Shown: positions 8,764 through 19,400 of the stretch, piece by piece
How the letters are laid out: the number at the start of each line of letters is the position of its first letter
Numbering within the stretch: position 1 is the first letter of the stretch
Origin: Sphingomonas sp.
GTDB taxonomy: Bacteria; Pseudomonadota; Alphaproteobacteria; Sphingomonadales; Sphingomonadaceae
DNA length: 64,000 nt
Assembly: GCA_035538935.1 (NCBI GenBank)
Contig: DATLJH010000009.1
Span: 18,378-82,377, forward strand
Direction of reading: 5' to 3'
Position numbers and translations under genes: made by a program
Notes under the pieces: model-generated
What the model saw: only the letters and a program-made list of their open reading frames with translations
Databases searched by the model: none
What the model was told of the DNA's origin: nothing

Positions 8764-10980
8764 TTATCGATACACCCGGATGAGATAGGTCGTCGTGGCC
8801 GGATTGCCGATCGGCAGTTCCCAGCCGTTTTCCAGCAACCGCCCGTCGATCGTCGGCAGCGGCTTCGCGGCGCCGTCGAGCGGGGTCGCGGTGAGGCCGA
8901 CCACGCCGACCAGATCGTGGAACTGGAGCCAGCCGGTGACGGGCTCGATCAGGCTCGGCGCGGTGCCCCAGTTGCTCGTCACGCTGCGCCGCGCGTTCCA
9001 CGTCATGCCGGTGTTCTGCGCACGGGCGGTGGTGGTCAGCAGCATTTCATTCGAGTGATCGATGGGCTTGCCGTCGAGCGACGACAGCGTGATCACCGCG
9101 AACGGCGTCGAGATGTCGGCGGTGAGGTTCGTGGTGCGCGCACCGGTCTGGCGGACGAAGCCGACCAGCGCCTGGGTGCGCTCGGTATCGATCGTCACCA
9201 CGCCGTTGCTGCCGTCCTCGACCGACCATTCGAGCTCGCCGGTGTCCGACGCGATCGGCATCGTCTCCGCGGGCGCCTCGGCGGCCGTGGGCTTGCAGTC
9301 GAGGCACGCGATCCGCGTTTCGTGAACGAGCGGCAGGCGCTTGGGATAGCCCGGCGTGAAGGCGGGCATTTCCGACATCGGCATCCGCGCCATCTCGGCC
9401 ACCTGGTCGCGCGAATAGCTGCGCGTGATCGTCTCGCGCGCTTTGGCGACGTCGCCACGCAGGAAGATCATCGCGCCGACCGGCAGCTGCGCGATCTTGG
9501 TGGGATGCTGGGTCATGTCAAAATGGTCGCCGATCATGCCCTTCCACTCGCCCTCGAGCTTGGTCTCGAAGGTGTAGAAGAACACGCCGTCCCAATCCTG
9601 CAACGCGGCATAGGCGGCGAGGATCGGAATCTGCTCGGCGTCATATTCGTGCGGGAAGGGCTCGTTGACCTCGCTCACGACGAAGGGCTTGCCGGCCATC
9701 GCGGTGCGCGACAGGCGTTGCAGGATCGATCCCTCGGGGTCGTTGACCATCGGCGTGTTGCGCTTGCCGAAGATCGCCGGGTGCTGCCAGTAGACGTGCG
9801 CATCGACGATGTCGAAATGCTGCGTCGTCTCCAGCAGCGGCTGGCCGGGGATGAAATAGCTGTGATCGGCGGTCGCGACGATCGGCGCCTTCACGCCCAG
9901 CTCGTCGCGCAGGAAAGTGCGCATGTCTTCGAAGAAGGTGCGTTCGGCGTCGACCAGGAAATTGGCCTCGCTGTGGAAGCGCAGTTTGGACGCTGCCTCG
10001 AATTGCTGGCGGCGCATCAGCGGCACCGGCGCGCCGTCCGCCACGCCGGCCTCACGCCGGATATCCGCGATTTCTTTGGCGGAATGGTGTTTCGCGAGCC
10101 ACTCATTGTAGAGGCCGGTGAGGATCGACAGGTAATGCGGGGTGAAGTCGAGCTGGTGGCGCGGGCCGTTCTCGGTCAGCTCGCCGCGGAACCAGTTGCG
10201 CATCCAGAATTCGAGCAGCGAGTTTTCGTTGACGATCTCGACCGTCGAGACCGCGGGATCGTCGGCGTAGCGCAGCCCGGTATAGGGATTGCGATGCCCG
10301 AGCAGCATCCGCGCATAATCCTTCTGCCGCTCGATCAGTTCGGGGCCGATATAGGTCACCGCCTTGGCGACGCCGATCAGCTTGGCGTCGGGAACGCCGT
10401 CACCGGGCTTCCAGGTGTGGCCGACATTGAGATTGAAGTTGGCGTAGATGCCGTTCTTCTTGAGCTGCGCGAAGAAGTAGTCGAGATGGTCGAGCTGGGT
10501 CGGGTTGAAATGGCCCGTATCGTCGCGGCTGCTGTCGATCAGGCCAACGGGGGTGTGGGTCGCGGGCTCGGGATCCCCGGTCGGCCCGCTGCCGCTGCGC
10601 ACGCGCGTCGCATCGGGCATGTCGAGGAAATGCAGGCGGACGCAATTGACGCCGAGGCGCGCCAGCTCGGCGGCGAAGACCTCTGCCTCGTGGTGCGGCG
10701 GGATTTCGGCTGAGCCCGGGGTCCAACCGGTCAGGTTGACGCCCCAGCAGCGCAGACGGGTGCCGTCCTCGAAAGTGAGATGACCGTCGCGCGCCTGGAC
10801 GAAACCGTGCTTGCCCGCGGGCCCGTCGAGCAGGAAGCGCATGTCGGCGCGCGAATCCTGCCGCGCGAAATGATCGATGACGAAAGGAGCCCAGTCGGGT
10901 TGGGTGGGAACCTCCTGCGCCGACAGCGACGTCCCCACAAGCAACGCCGCGCCAATGGCCGATCCGAACGCTTTGCGCAT
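8764..10980 (-). CDS. Secreted clan GH-A (GH5-like) glycoside hydrolase of unknown specificity
   Basis: Signal peptide; RCWGVNL, LARLGVNCVRLHFLD, NPYTGLRYADDPAVSTVEIVNENS (acid/base-type NE), KPFVVSEVNEPFP (nucleophile-type SE). Confidence 0.7.
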   Translation of the reverse strand: MRKAFGSAIGAALLVGTSLSAQEVPTQPDWAPFVIDHFARQDSRADMRFLLDGPAGKHGFVQARDGHLTFEDGTRLRCWGVNLTGWTPGSAEIPPHHEAEVFAAELARLGVNCVRLHFLDMPDATRVRSGSGPTGDPEPATHTPVGLIDSSRDDTGHFNPTQLDHLDYFFAQLKKNGIYANFNLNVGHTWKPGDGVPDAKLIGVAKAVTYIGPELIERQKDYARMLLGHRNPYTGLRYADDPAVSTVEIVNENSLLEFWMRNWFRGELTENGPRHQLDFTPHYLSILTGLYNEWLAKHHSAKEIADIRREAGVADGAPVPLMRRQQFEAASKLRFHSEANFLVDAERTFFEDMRTFLRDELGVKAPIVATADHSYFIPGQPLLETTQHFDIVDAHVYWQHPAIFGKRNTPMVNDPEGSILQRLSRTAMAGKPFVVSEVNEPFPHEYDAEQIPILAAYAALQDWDGVFFYTFETKLEGEWKGMIGDHFDMTQHPTKIAQLPVGAMIFLRGDVAKARETITRSYSRDQVAEMARMPMSEMPAFTPGYPKRLPLVHETRIACLDCKPTAAEAPAETMPIASDTGELEWSVEDGSNGVVTIDTERTQALVGFVRQTGARTTNLTADISTPFAVITLSSLDGKPIDHSNEMLLTTTARAQNTGMTWNARRSVTSNWGTAPSLIEPVTGWLQFHDLVGVVGLTATPLDGAAKPLPTIDGRLLENGWELPIGNPATTTYLIRVYR

Positions 10981-11203
10981 TTCCAGCTCCCCTTTATCAT
11001 CATTTTATATTACGTATTACCTTTCACATTTCCGGCGATCGACGCAAGCCCTGATCGATGCCTGCGTGCCGGGATATCGAGCAAGGCTGGAAGCGGTTCG
11101 ATGCGCGACCGCCCATGCGAGGGCGCAAACGAACGCCGCGGATGATCGGCATCATCCACGGCGCGCGGATCGAGATCCGCCGCTCAGCGGCGGGTGGCGT
11201 CGT

Positions 11204-12187
11204 CTAGAACGACGAGAACAATGCCTTGCGGGCGAGATCGAGCGCCGCCACGGCATCGTGGCGGTCCTGCGCGGCCTGCACCGCCTCGAAATCGAGCTTG
11301 TCGAGCGCCCGTTCGACGGCCTTCAGGAACGAGATCGCGCTGTTGGCGGCGGCCACGCTGTCCTCGCGGAAGGGGAATTGATCGAGCTGCCAGACGCCTT
11401 CCCACTTGTTCTTGCGCAGCGTGTAGAAGAATTCGAACAGCTCGATCGGGTGGACCGAACCCGCGATCATGTCGTCGTCCCAGCCGCGCAGATTGTCGTT
11501 CACGTCCATGCCGAACAGGCGGCCGTGATCGATCGCGAGCTGCGCCGCGTCCGCGGGAGATTCTCCGCCGTAGAGCGAATGGCCGAAATCGAGCAGGATG
11601 CCGATATTGGGCAGCCCGATCTTCTCGATGCCGAGCAATGTGCGCGCGACGCTGTCGTAGCTCATGTGCACGCGCGGCTCGCGCGGCTTGTATTCGATCA
11701 CGAAGTTGAGATCGGGATTCTCCGCCGCCAGCGCGCCGACGCCGTCCATGCTCGCCTGCCACAATTTGCGGTGATCGACCTGGAAGGGATAATCCCAGCC
11801 GTCCTGCCCCGGCCATAGCTTGACGTAGCTCGCGCCGAAGCGGCGGACGACGCCGGCCGCCTCTGTGATCAGCTCGTGCGCGCGGCGCCGAACGCCCGGA
11901 TCGGGATTGGTGAAGGCACCCTTGGCGAATTCGCGGGTGTAGATTTCGGGTGTGATGCCGATGACGCTCAGGCCGTTGCGATCGAGCGCGGTCGCGACCT
12001 GATCGAGCGAGATCGAGGGATCGGCGAAGGGATAGTTGATATCGACCACCGACAGATCATCGACCTGACCGGCGAGATCGATCATCTCGAGCACCGAACG
12101 CGGCGGGCCGTAGCCGTCGGTCGCGTAGCGATCGACATAGGTCGCGAAATGCCAGATCCCCGCGCCGAATTTCTGCGTGCTCGCCAT
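11204..12187 (-). CDS. apsI: D-apiose isomerase (xylose isomerase-like TIM barrel)
   Basis: [83 protein letters not shown] closely resemble, from memory, the Pectobacterium apiose isomerase. Adjacent to a split transketolase and an FGGY kinase. Confidence 0.85.
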   Translation of the reverse strand: MASTQKFGAGIWHFATYVDRYATDGYGPPRSVLEMIDLAGQVDDLSVVDINYPFADPSISLDQVATALDRNGLSVIGITPEIYTREFAKGAFTNPDPGVRRRAHELITEAAGVVRRFGASYVKLWPGQDGWDYPFQVDHRKLWQASMDGVGALAAENPDLNFVIEYKPREPRVHMSYDSVARTLLGIEKIGLPNIGILLDFGHSLYGGESPADAAQLAIDHGRLFGMDVNDNLRGWDDDMIAGSVHPIELFEFFYTLRKNKWEGVWQLDQFPFREDSVAAANSAISFLKAVERALDKLDFEAVQAAQDRHDAVAALDLARKALFSSF

Positions 12188-12208
12188 TATTTTGTTCCTT
12201 TCAGGGTA

Positions 12209-13003
12209 TCAGGCGATGACCAATTCGACGCCCGCGGCGATGAAAGCCTTGCGGTCGGCGTCGGTGATACCGTCGTCGGTGATGAGCGTGTGGATGCGAT
12301 CGAGACCGCAGAGCGTCGAGAAGCTCCGCTGGCCGATCTTGGTCGAATCAGCGACGAGATAAACGCGCTCGGCCGCCTCGATCATCGCGTGCTTGACCGA
12401 GATGTCGGACAAGGCGGGGAAGGTGAGGCCCGCATCGATCGAGACGGCCGCGGTGGCGAGGAACAGTTTGCGCGCGAACAGGCCGTCGAGATAGTCGGCC
12501 GATCGCTCGCCGCTCAGCGACAGCGTCGGCGCCTTGAACAACCCGCCCGTCATGTGGATGTCGAACGAGGGCACCGCACCCAGCATCAACGCAATATTGA
12601 GCGCGTTGGTGATGATCGTCAGATTCTCGTGGTCGCCGAGGTTTGCGGCGACTTCGGTCGTCGTCGAGCCCGAATCGAGGATGATGGTCTCGCCATTCTC
12701 GATCAACGCCGCCGCAGCCCTGCCGATCCGCTTCTTCGCGTCCATGTTGACGAGATGGTGGAGCGCCATCGCGCGCACCTGCTGCGGCAGCGATTTGAGG
12801 AAGGCGCCGCCATGCTCGCGCACGACATGACCTTCGGTTTCGAGCTTTTCCAGATCCTGCCGGACGGTGACTTCGGAAACCGAGAAGGCCTCGGCGAGAT
12901 CGCGCACGCGGGCGCTGCCTTCCTCCTGCAGCCAGGCCAGGATCTTGGCCCGACGCGCTTCACCGAGGAGCCCCGTTGCCGAAAATTTCGCGGCCGTGCC
13001 CAT
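12209..13003 (-). CDS. DeoR/GlpR-family transcriptional regulator
   Basis: RRAKILAWLQEEGSARVRDLAEAFSVSEVTVRQDLEKLE (HTH), IILDSGSTT, VYLVADSTKIG. Confidence 0.93.
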   Translation of the reverse strand: MGTAAKFSATGLLGEARRAKILAWLQEEGSARVRDLAEAFSVSEVTVRQDLEKLETEGHVVREHGGAFLKSLPQQVRAMALHHLVNMDAKKRIGRAAAALIENGETIILDSGSTTTEVAANLGDHENLTIITNALNIALMLGAVPSFDIHMTGGLFKAPTLSLSGERSADYLDGLFARKLFLATAAVSIDAGLTFPALSDISVKHAMIEAAERVYLVADSTKIGQRSFSTLCGLDRIHTLITDDGITDADRKAFIAAGVELVIA

Positions 13004-13196
13004 GTGTCGATCGTCTCCCGCCTCTCGATGACGCGTCGGCGCGCTCTATCCGATGGCGGCCTAGGGCAGCGATCCTATCGTTGTCAAACCTATCGAAGGG
13101 CTGTCTGCTCAAAAACGAAAATAATCGAAAGTACCATCCTTGTGAATTCCGTCATTTCTGATAGGCACGCCGGACAAGCGAAGGAGGCGAGCAGCA

Positions 13197-14027
13197 ATGA
13201 CGGCGGCGGTCGCGCGCGTGCGCGAAAAGGCGAACTGGATACGCCGGAGCGCGATCGAGATGATCTATCACGCACGACAGGGGCATCCGGGCGGCGACAT
13301 GTCCGCCGCCGATATCCTGGCGGCGCTCTATTTCCGCATACTCCGCTATGATCCCGCGCGCCCGTCGGACCCGGCGCGCGACCGCTTCGTGATGAGCAAG
13401 GGCCATTGCACCGGCGCCTTCTATTCGGCGCTCGCGGCCGCGGGCTTCTTTCCGACGAGCGAGCTCGCCACTTATCTGCAGCCCGAATCGCGGCTCAACG
13501 GCCATCCGAACCGCACTTATCTGCCGGGCGTCGAAACCAATACGGGGCCGCTGGGGCACGGGCTGCCGGTCGCGGTCGGCATCGCCATCGCCGGGCAGAT
13601 CGACGGCGCCGATTACCGAGTGTTCGCGCTGACGGGGGACGGCGAGCTGCAGGAAGGCAGCATGTGGGAAGCCGCGATGCTCGCAGGCCACCGCGGGTTG
13701 GGCAATCTCACCGCGATCGTCGATCGCAACGGATTGCAGCAGGGCGCGCCAACCGAGGACACCAACGCGCTCGAGCCGCTGGCGGACAAATGGCGCGCCT
13801 TCGGCTGGGAGGTCGCGGACGTGGACGGGCACGACCATGCGGCGTTGCTCGCGGTGCTGGAAGCGCCCTCGACCCCACGCGACAAGCCGCTCTGCGTCAT
13901 CGCGCATACCCACAAGGGCCAGGGTATCAGCTATATGCGCGATCAGGCGAGCTGGCATCACGGCGTGCCTGACGCCGAGCAATATGCGCAGGCGATGAAG
14001 GAACTCGAATTGGACGTTGAGGCATGA
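13197..14027 (+). CDS. Split transketolase, N-terminal TPP-binding subunit (probable apulose-4-phosphate transketolase subunit)
   Basis: GHPGGDMS, RDRFVMSKGH, LNGHP, TGPLGHGL, and the TPP motif GDGELQEGSMWEA...VDRN. Confidence 0.9.
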   Translation: MTAAVARVREKANWIRRSAIEMIYHARQGHPGGDMSAADILAALYFRILRYDPARPSDPARDRFVMSKGHCTGAFYSALAAAGFFPTSELATYLQPESRLNGHPNRTYLPGVETNTGPLGHGLPVAVGIAIAGQIDGADYRVFALTGDGELQEGSMWEAAMLAGHRGLGNLTAIVDRNGLQQGAPTEDTNALEPLADKWRAFGWEVADVDGHDHAALLAVLEAPSTPRDKPLCVIAHTHKGQGISYMRDQASWHHGVPDAEQYAQAMKELELDVEA

Positions 14028-14983
14028 GCGCGGCGGCAGCAAAGGCCGGATTCGATTGCCGCGAGGCCTATGTGCGCGCGCTCGAGGAGCTGGCGGACGG
14101 CGACGACCGCATCGTCGCGGTGGTCAATGATTCGGTCGGATCGAGCAAGCTCGGCGGCTTCCGCTCGAAATTCCCGCAGCGCCTGATCAATGTCGGGATC
14201 GCCGAGCAGAACATGGTCGGTGTCGGCGCCGGGCTCGCCAATGGCGGCAAGATCCCGTTCGTCAGCGGGGCCGCATGCTTCCTCACCGCGCGCGCGCTCG
14301 AGCAGATCAAGGCCGATTGTGCCTATAGCAACGCCAATGTGAAATTGTGCGGCATCTCGAGCGGCGTCGCTTACGGCGAGCTCGGCGCGACGCACCACAG
14401 CATCGAGGACATCGCCTGGCTGCGCGCGCTGCGCAACCTGACGATCATCGTTCCCTCCGATCCGTGGGAGACGGCCGAAGCAATCCGCGCCGCCGCCGCG
14501 TTCGACGGGCCGGTCTTCGTGCGGATCAGCCGGATGCCGGTGCCGGAGATCGCGCGGCCGCAGGACGCGGCCTTCGCGATCGGCCGCGCCGAGACGCTGC
14601 GCGAGGGCGGCGACATCGCGATCATCGCCAACGGCACGCTCGTCCACCGCGCGCTGGCGGCGGCGGAAACGCTGGCCGCCGAGGGCATCGCCGCGCGCGT
14701 CGTCAACATGTCCACCGTCGCGCCGCTCGACGAGGCGGCGATCGCCGCGGCGGCGGAGACCGGCGCGATCGTCACCGCCGAGGAGGGGCTGTCGCATGGC
14801 GGCCTCGGCGGGGCGGTCGCCGAATATGTCGCCACCCACCGGCCCGTGCCGATGCGCATGATCGGTTTTCCCGGCTTCCTGCCGACCGGATCGGCGCAAT
14901 GGCTGATGGAAAAGTTCGGATTGACCGATACCGGCATCGCCGCGGCGGCGCGCGAGCTGCTCGGATCGCGGCAGGCCGGATGA
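14024..14983 (+). CDS. Split transketolase, C-terminal subunit (probable apulose-4-phosphate transketolase subunit)
   Basis: INVGIAEQNMVG, RALEQIK, GELGATHHSIEDIA, GPVFVRISR. ATGA-coupled to the N-terminal subunit. Confidence 0.9.
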   Translation: MSAAAAKAGFDCREAYVRALEELADGDDRIVAVVNDSVGSSKLGGFRSKFPQRLINVGIAEQNMVGVGAGLANGGKIPFVSGAACFLTARALEQIKADCAYSNANVKLCGISSGVAYGELGATHHSIEDIAWLRALRNLTIIVPSDPWETAEAIRAAAAFDGPVFVRISRMPVPEIARPQDAAFAIGRAETLREGGDIAIIANGTLVHRALAAAETLAAEGIAARVVNMSTVAPLDEAAIAAAAETGAIVTAEEGLSHGGLGGAVAEYVATHRPVPMRMIGFPGFLPTGSAQWLMEKFGLTDTGIAAAARELLGSRQAG

Positions 14984-16443
14984 CCGGCCAGGCCGTTCTC
15001 GCCGTCGATCAGGGGACGAGCAACACCAAGGCCGTGCTTGTCGGCCGCGACGGGGCGATCCTGGCGCGCGCGTCGCGGCCGATGGCGGTCGCGCATCCGC
15101 GGCCCGGCTGGGCCGAGCAATCGGCTGCCGCTCTGTGGGAAAGCGTCGCCGGCGTGATCGGCGACCTCGTCGCGGCGGCGCCCGAGGTCGAGGTCGCGGC
15201 GGTCGGCATCTCGAACCAGCGCGAGACGGCGGTGTTGTGGGACGCGGCGACCGGCGAGCCGGTCGCGCCCGCGATCCTGTGGCAATGCCGCCGCACCGCG
15301 CCCCGCTGCGAGGAATTGCGCGCGGCCGGCTATGCGGCGGCGGTGGTCGAGCGCAGCGGGCTGGGGCTCGATCCGCTGTTCCCGGCCGCCAAGATCGCCT
15401 GGCTGCTCGATACGATTCCCGAAGGACGCGCCCGCGCGGACCGCGGCGAATTGCGCGCCGGCACCGTCGACAGTTGGCTGCTGTGGAAGCTGACCGGCGG
15501 TGCGGTCCATGCGACCGATCTCAGCAACGCCTCGCGCACGCAATTGCTCAATCTCGAATCGCTCGCCTGGGATGCGGAACTGGCGCGGATTTTCGGCGTG
15601 CCGCTCGCGTTGATGCCGGAGGTCCGGGCGTCGGACAGCCGCTTCGGAACCCTCGCGGACGGGGCGACGGCGCTCCCTGCGGGCGTGCCGATATGCGCGA
15701 TGATGGGGGATTCTCACGCCGCGCTCTACGCCCACGGCGCGCGCTCGCCCGGTGAGGCGAAGGTCACCTGCGGCACCGGCTCGTCGCTGATGGTGCTCAC
15801 CCAACAGCGCGCACACTCCGCGCATGGGCTGTCGAGCACGATCGCCTGGGCCGAGGGCGGACACGTTTTCCACGCGCTCGAAGGCAACATCACCACCTCG
15901 GGTGCGGCGGCGGCCTTCGCCACGCAATTGCTGGGATTGGCCGACGAAGCGGCGCTCACGGCGCTCGCCGAGACAGTGGGGACGAGCGATGGCGTCTGTT
16001 TCGTTCCCGCGCTCGCGGGGCTGGGCGCGCCGCACTGGAACAGCGACGCGCGCGGGATGATCTCGGGCATGTCACTTGGCACGCGGCCGGCGCACGTCGC
16101 GCGCGCTGCGCTCGAAGGCATCGCGCATCAGATCGCGGACGTATTCGAGGCCGCCGAGGCGGATCTGGGGCACGCGCTGCCAACGATCGTTGCCGATGGC
16201 GGCGCGGCGAAGAACGTCGTGCTGATGCATCTCCTCGCCGACCTGCTCGGCCGCGCCGTGGTTCGGCCGGAGAATGAGGAAGCGAGCGTCAAGGGCGTCG
16301 CGCGGATGGCCGCCAAGGCGCTCGGCTGGGAAAATCAGACGGCGGCACCCGCCACGACCTTCCAGCCGCGTGCGAGCGACGAACGAGAGGCGATGCGCGC
16401 AGAATGGAAAGCCGCGATCGCGCGCGCCTCCTTCGCGGGTTGA
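14980..16443 (+). CDS. aplK: FGGY-family carbohydrate kinase (probable apulose kinase)
   Basis: ATG at 14980 overlaps the previous stop. LAVDQGTSNTKA, GISNQRET, ILWQCRRT, TDLSNASRT, GDSHAAL, VPALAGLGAPHW, DGGAAKN. Glycerol kinase-like; specificity inferred from context. Confidence 0.75.
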   Translation: MTGQAVLAVDQGTSNTKAVLVGRDGAILARASRPMAVAHPRPGWAEQSAAALWESVAGVIGDLVAAAPEVEVAAVGISNQRETAVLWDAATGEPVAPAILWQCRRTAPRCEELRAAGYAAAVVERSGLGLDPLFPAAKIAWLLDTIPEGRARADRGELRAGTVDSWLLWKLTGGAVHATDLSNASRTQLLNLESLAWDAELARIFGVPLALMPEVRASDSRFGTLADGATALPAGVPICAMMGDSHAALYAHGARSPGEAKVTCGTGSSLMVLTQQRAHSAHGLSSTIAWAEGGHVFHALEGNITTSGAAAAFATQLLGLADEAALTALAETVGTSDGVCFVPALAGLGAPHWNSDARGMISGMSLGTRPAHVARAALEGIAHQIADVFEAAEADLGHALPTIVADGGAAKNVVLMHLLADLLGRAVVRPENEEASVKGVARMAAKALGWENQTAAPATTFQPRASDEREAMRAEWKAAIARASFAG

Positions 16444-16447
16444 ACGC

Positions 16448-19400
16448 TCAGCCTGCGAATCGGTAGCTGCCCGAACCGACCTCGAACCGCAGAACCGCGT
16501 CCTCGTGGCGGAAATTGCGGACGTCGGGGTGACTGTCGAGCGTATGTCCGTCCTCGCGCCAGTCGCGGCCCGCCGGCAGCTCGACTTCGGCGATGGCGTT
16601 TGCCGGGACGGTGAGCGTGAGCAGTGACAGCCCGTCCTCGTCGCCGTCCACCTCGGTCGCGATCGTGCCCATGCACGACTCGTAGCGCGCGGCGACCTTG
16701 CCGATCGCAGGCAGGAAGACCGGGCGCACCGCGATGCGGCGGAAGCCGGGCGCGGCGGGCGCGATGCCTGCCAGCCGCCGGTAGAAGAAGCCGACCACCG
16801 CGCCGAAGGCATAGTGGTTGTAGCTGTTCATCGAGAGATCGCCGACATCGCCGTTCCAGCGCTCCCAGATCGTCGTCGCGCCGACCGAGGGCATGTAGCC
16901 CCACGAGGGATAACCGGTCTGGAGCAGCAGGGCGGTCACTTCCTCCCATCGCCCCGCATCGGCGAGCACGTCGAGCAGATAGGGCGTGCCGAGGAACCCG
17001 GTCGAGAGCTTCATGCCGCGCCGCCGGATGTCGTCGGCGAGGATTTGCGCGGCCGCGGCGCGCCGATCGTCCGGGACGAGCCCCATATGGAGCGCGAGCA
17101 CCTGGCTCGCCTGGCTGCCGTTGCCTGCGGTGCCGTCGGCCGCGAGCAGCTCGCGCGCGAAGGCCTCGCCGATCGCCGCGCGCAGGTCGCGATAGCGTGC
17201 CGCCGCCGTCACACGGCCGGTCGCCTCGGCCATTTCCGCCATCAATTGCGCCGAGAACGCCCAGTAAGCGGTAGCGCAGAGCACGCGCGGGGTTGTCTCG
17301 TCGTCGGGCTGGATCGCATCGACCGACAGCCAGTCGCCGAGATCGAGTTCGCGGTCGTTCCGCCAGATATGATCGGGGTTGGTGCGCGCGACGAACGTCA
17401 TCCAGCGTTCCATCGCGTCCCAATTCTCGTCGATCGCCGCGGTGTCGCCGTAGCGCTGCCACAGGCCGTGCGGCAGGATGATGCCCGCCTCGCTCCAGCC
17501 CGCGGTGACGACGTCGGGGAAGGAGAGCGGCTGGGGCACGACGATCGGATAGCCGCCGTCGGGCCGCTGGGCCGCGCGCATCTCGAGCAGGAAGCGGCGG
17601 ATGAAGGCGTCGACGTCCATGTTGAACGCCGCGGCATCGAGGAACACCTGGATGTCGCCCGACCAGCCCATGCGCTCGTCGCGCTGCGGGCAATCGGTGG
17701 GCACGGCAAAGAAGTTGGAGCGCTGGCTCCACAAGGTGTTGTTCCAGATTTGCTGCAACAGGGGATGATCGAAGCACATGTCGCCGGTGACGGCGCAATC
17801 GCTGTGGACGACGATTCCCTCGATGTCGTCGGGCGTCGGCGTGCCCGGATAGCCTTCCACCTCGACATAGCGGAAGCCGTGATAGGTGAAGCGTGGTTCG
17901 ACCGTCTCGCCCACGGCATCGCCACGCAGGATGAAGCGATCGGTCGCCTCGGCGAGCCGCAGGTTGGCCTGATCGGCGAGGCCGTCGGCGTCGAGCAGTT
18001 CGGCGAAGCGCAGCGTGATCGCCGTGCCCGCCGGCCCGGTCGCGCGCAGCCGCGCCCAGCCGGCGAAATTCTGCCCGAAATCGAAGACGAAGCGACCCGG
18101 CCGGGGCTCGGAGATCGTGGCGGCGCGCAGCACCTTCTGCGGGCGCAGCGCCGGCGATGTCTGCGCGACCAGCCGCGCGGGAGGGGCAGCGCCGACGCGG
18201 GCGGGGCGCCAGCCGCCGTCGTCGTGGCCGGGCGCGTCCCAGCCGTCGCGATCGAGGCGCGCGTCATGCGTCTCGCCGCCATAGATATCGGCCGCGGTCA
18301 CCGGCGAGCGTGCGATGCGCCAATCGGGGCCGGTCGCCACCCAGTCGTGGCTGCCGTCGGCATAATCGAGGCGGAGCTGGGCAAGCAGCCGGCGCGGCGC
18401 GGGGCCGAAGCCGTAGCGCTCCATCCGCCAGCCGAAAGCGCCCGCATAGAAGCCGTCGGCAACGGTGAAGCCGAGCGCGTTCGTGCCCTCGGCGATCAGA
18501 TTGGTCACGTCATAGCTCTGGTAGAGCACATGCTCGCGTGCGACGCTGATCTCGGGCGCCAGCGCGGCATCCGATACTGCGCGCCCGTTGATGCGCGCCT
18601 CGTAGACGCCGAGTGCGGTGGCGTAGAGCCGGGCGGCGACCACCGGCGCGCGCGGCGCGAATTCGGTGCGCAACAGCATCGCGGGCTCGGCCGGGCGCGG
18701 GTCGCCAGCGGCGCGCGATCCCGAGGGCTGCGCGGCCTGCCAGCCCGACGCATCGAAGCCGGGCACGGTCCAGTCGGCGGGGGGATCGGCCATGATGCGC
18801 CAATCGGGGCCGCTGACGAGGCGCTCGATCGTGCCGTCGCGGCGGTGCAGGCGCACCAGCGCGGCCATCGCGCCGCCGTCGACGGGGAAGAAGCCCTCGG
18901 TTTCGGCCGACACGGCGACGCACAGGCTGTTGCGTCCGGGCTTCACTGTCGCGCCGCCCACGGGGAGCAGCGTGCCCCAATAGACGAGCCGCGGCAGCGT
19001 CGCAGGCGCGCCGTTCACCCAGGCGCTGAGCAGCTCGTCCTTGCCGGCGATGAGAATTTCGGCGTCGATCACGTCGTCGGGCGCGTCGAAATCGAGGCGG
19101 AAGCCGTGCGGGCGAGGATCGAGCGGGTCGGCGCTCCAGATCCACGCCAGCCCCGCCGCGCGATCCGCGGCGGCCGCGTCGTCCTCGGCCTCGATCCATT
19201 GCGCGTGCCAATCGCCGGCCGAGAGCAGTCCCGCTTCGAACCATGCCGGTTGCGACCGGGCGGTGCGCCCGCGATCGTCGGCGATCTCGACGTTCCACCA
19301 CAGGCGCTGCATCGCGGCAGGGGCGGGGCCACCATAGGGAACGCTGCTGTCGGCGGAGTCGATCTCGCCGCTGTCCCACAGCAAGGCGTCAGGATCGTCG

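Noticed and set aside
11204-16443. Xylose isomerase plus glycerol kinase (xylA/glpK) interpretation
   Set aside because: The isomerase is short and has ApsI-type motifs; the split transketolase context fits apiose better.
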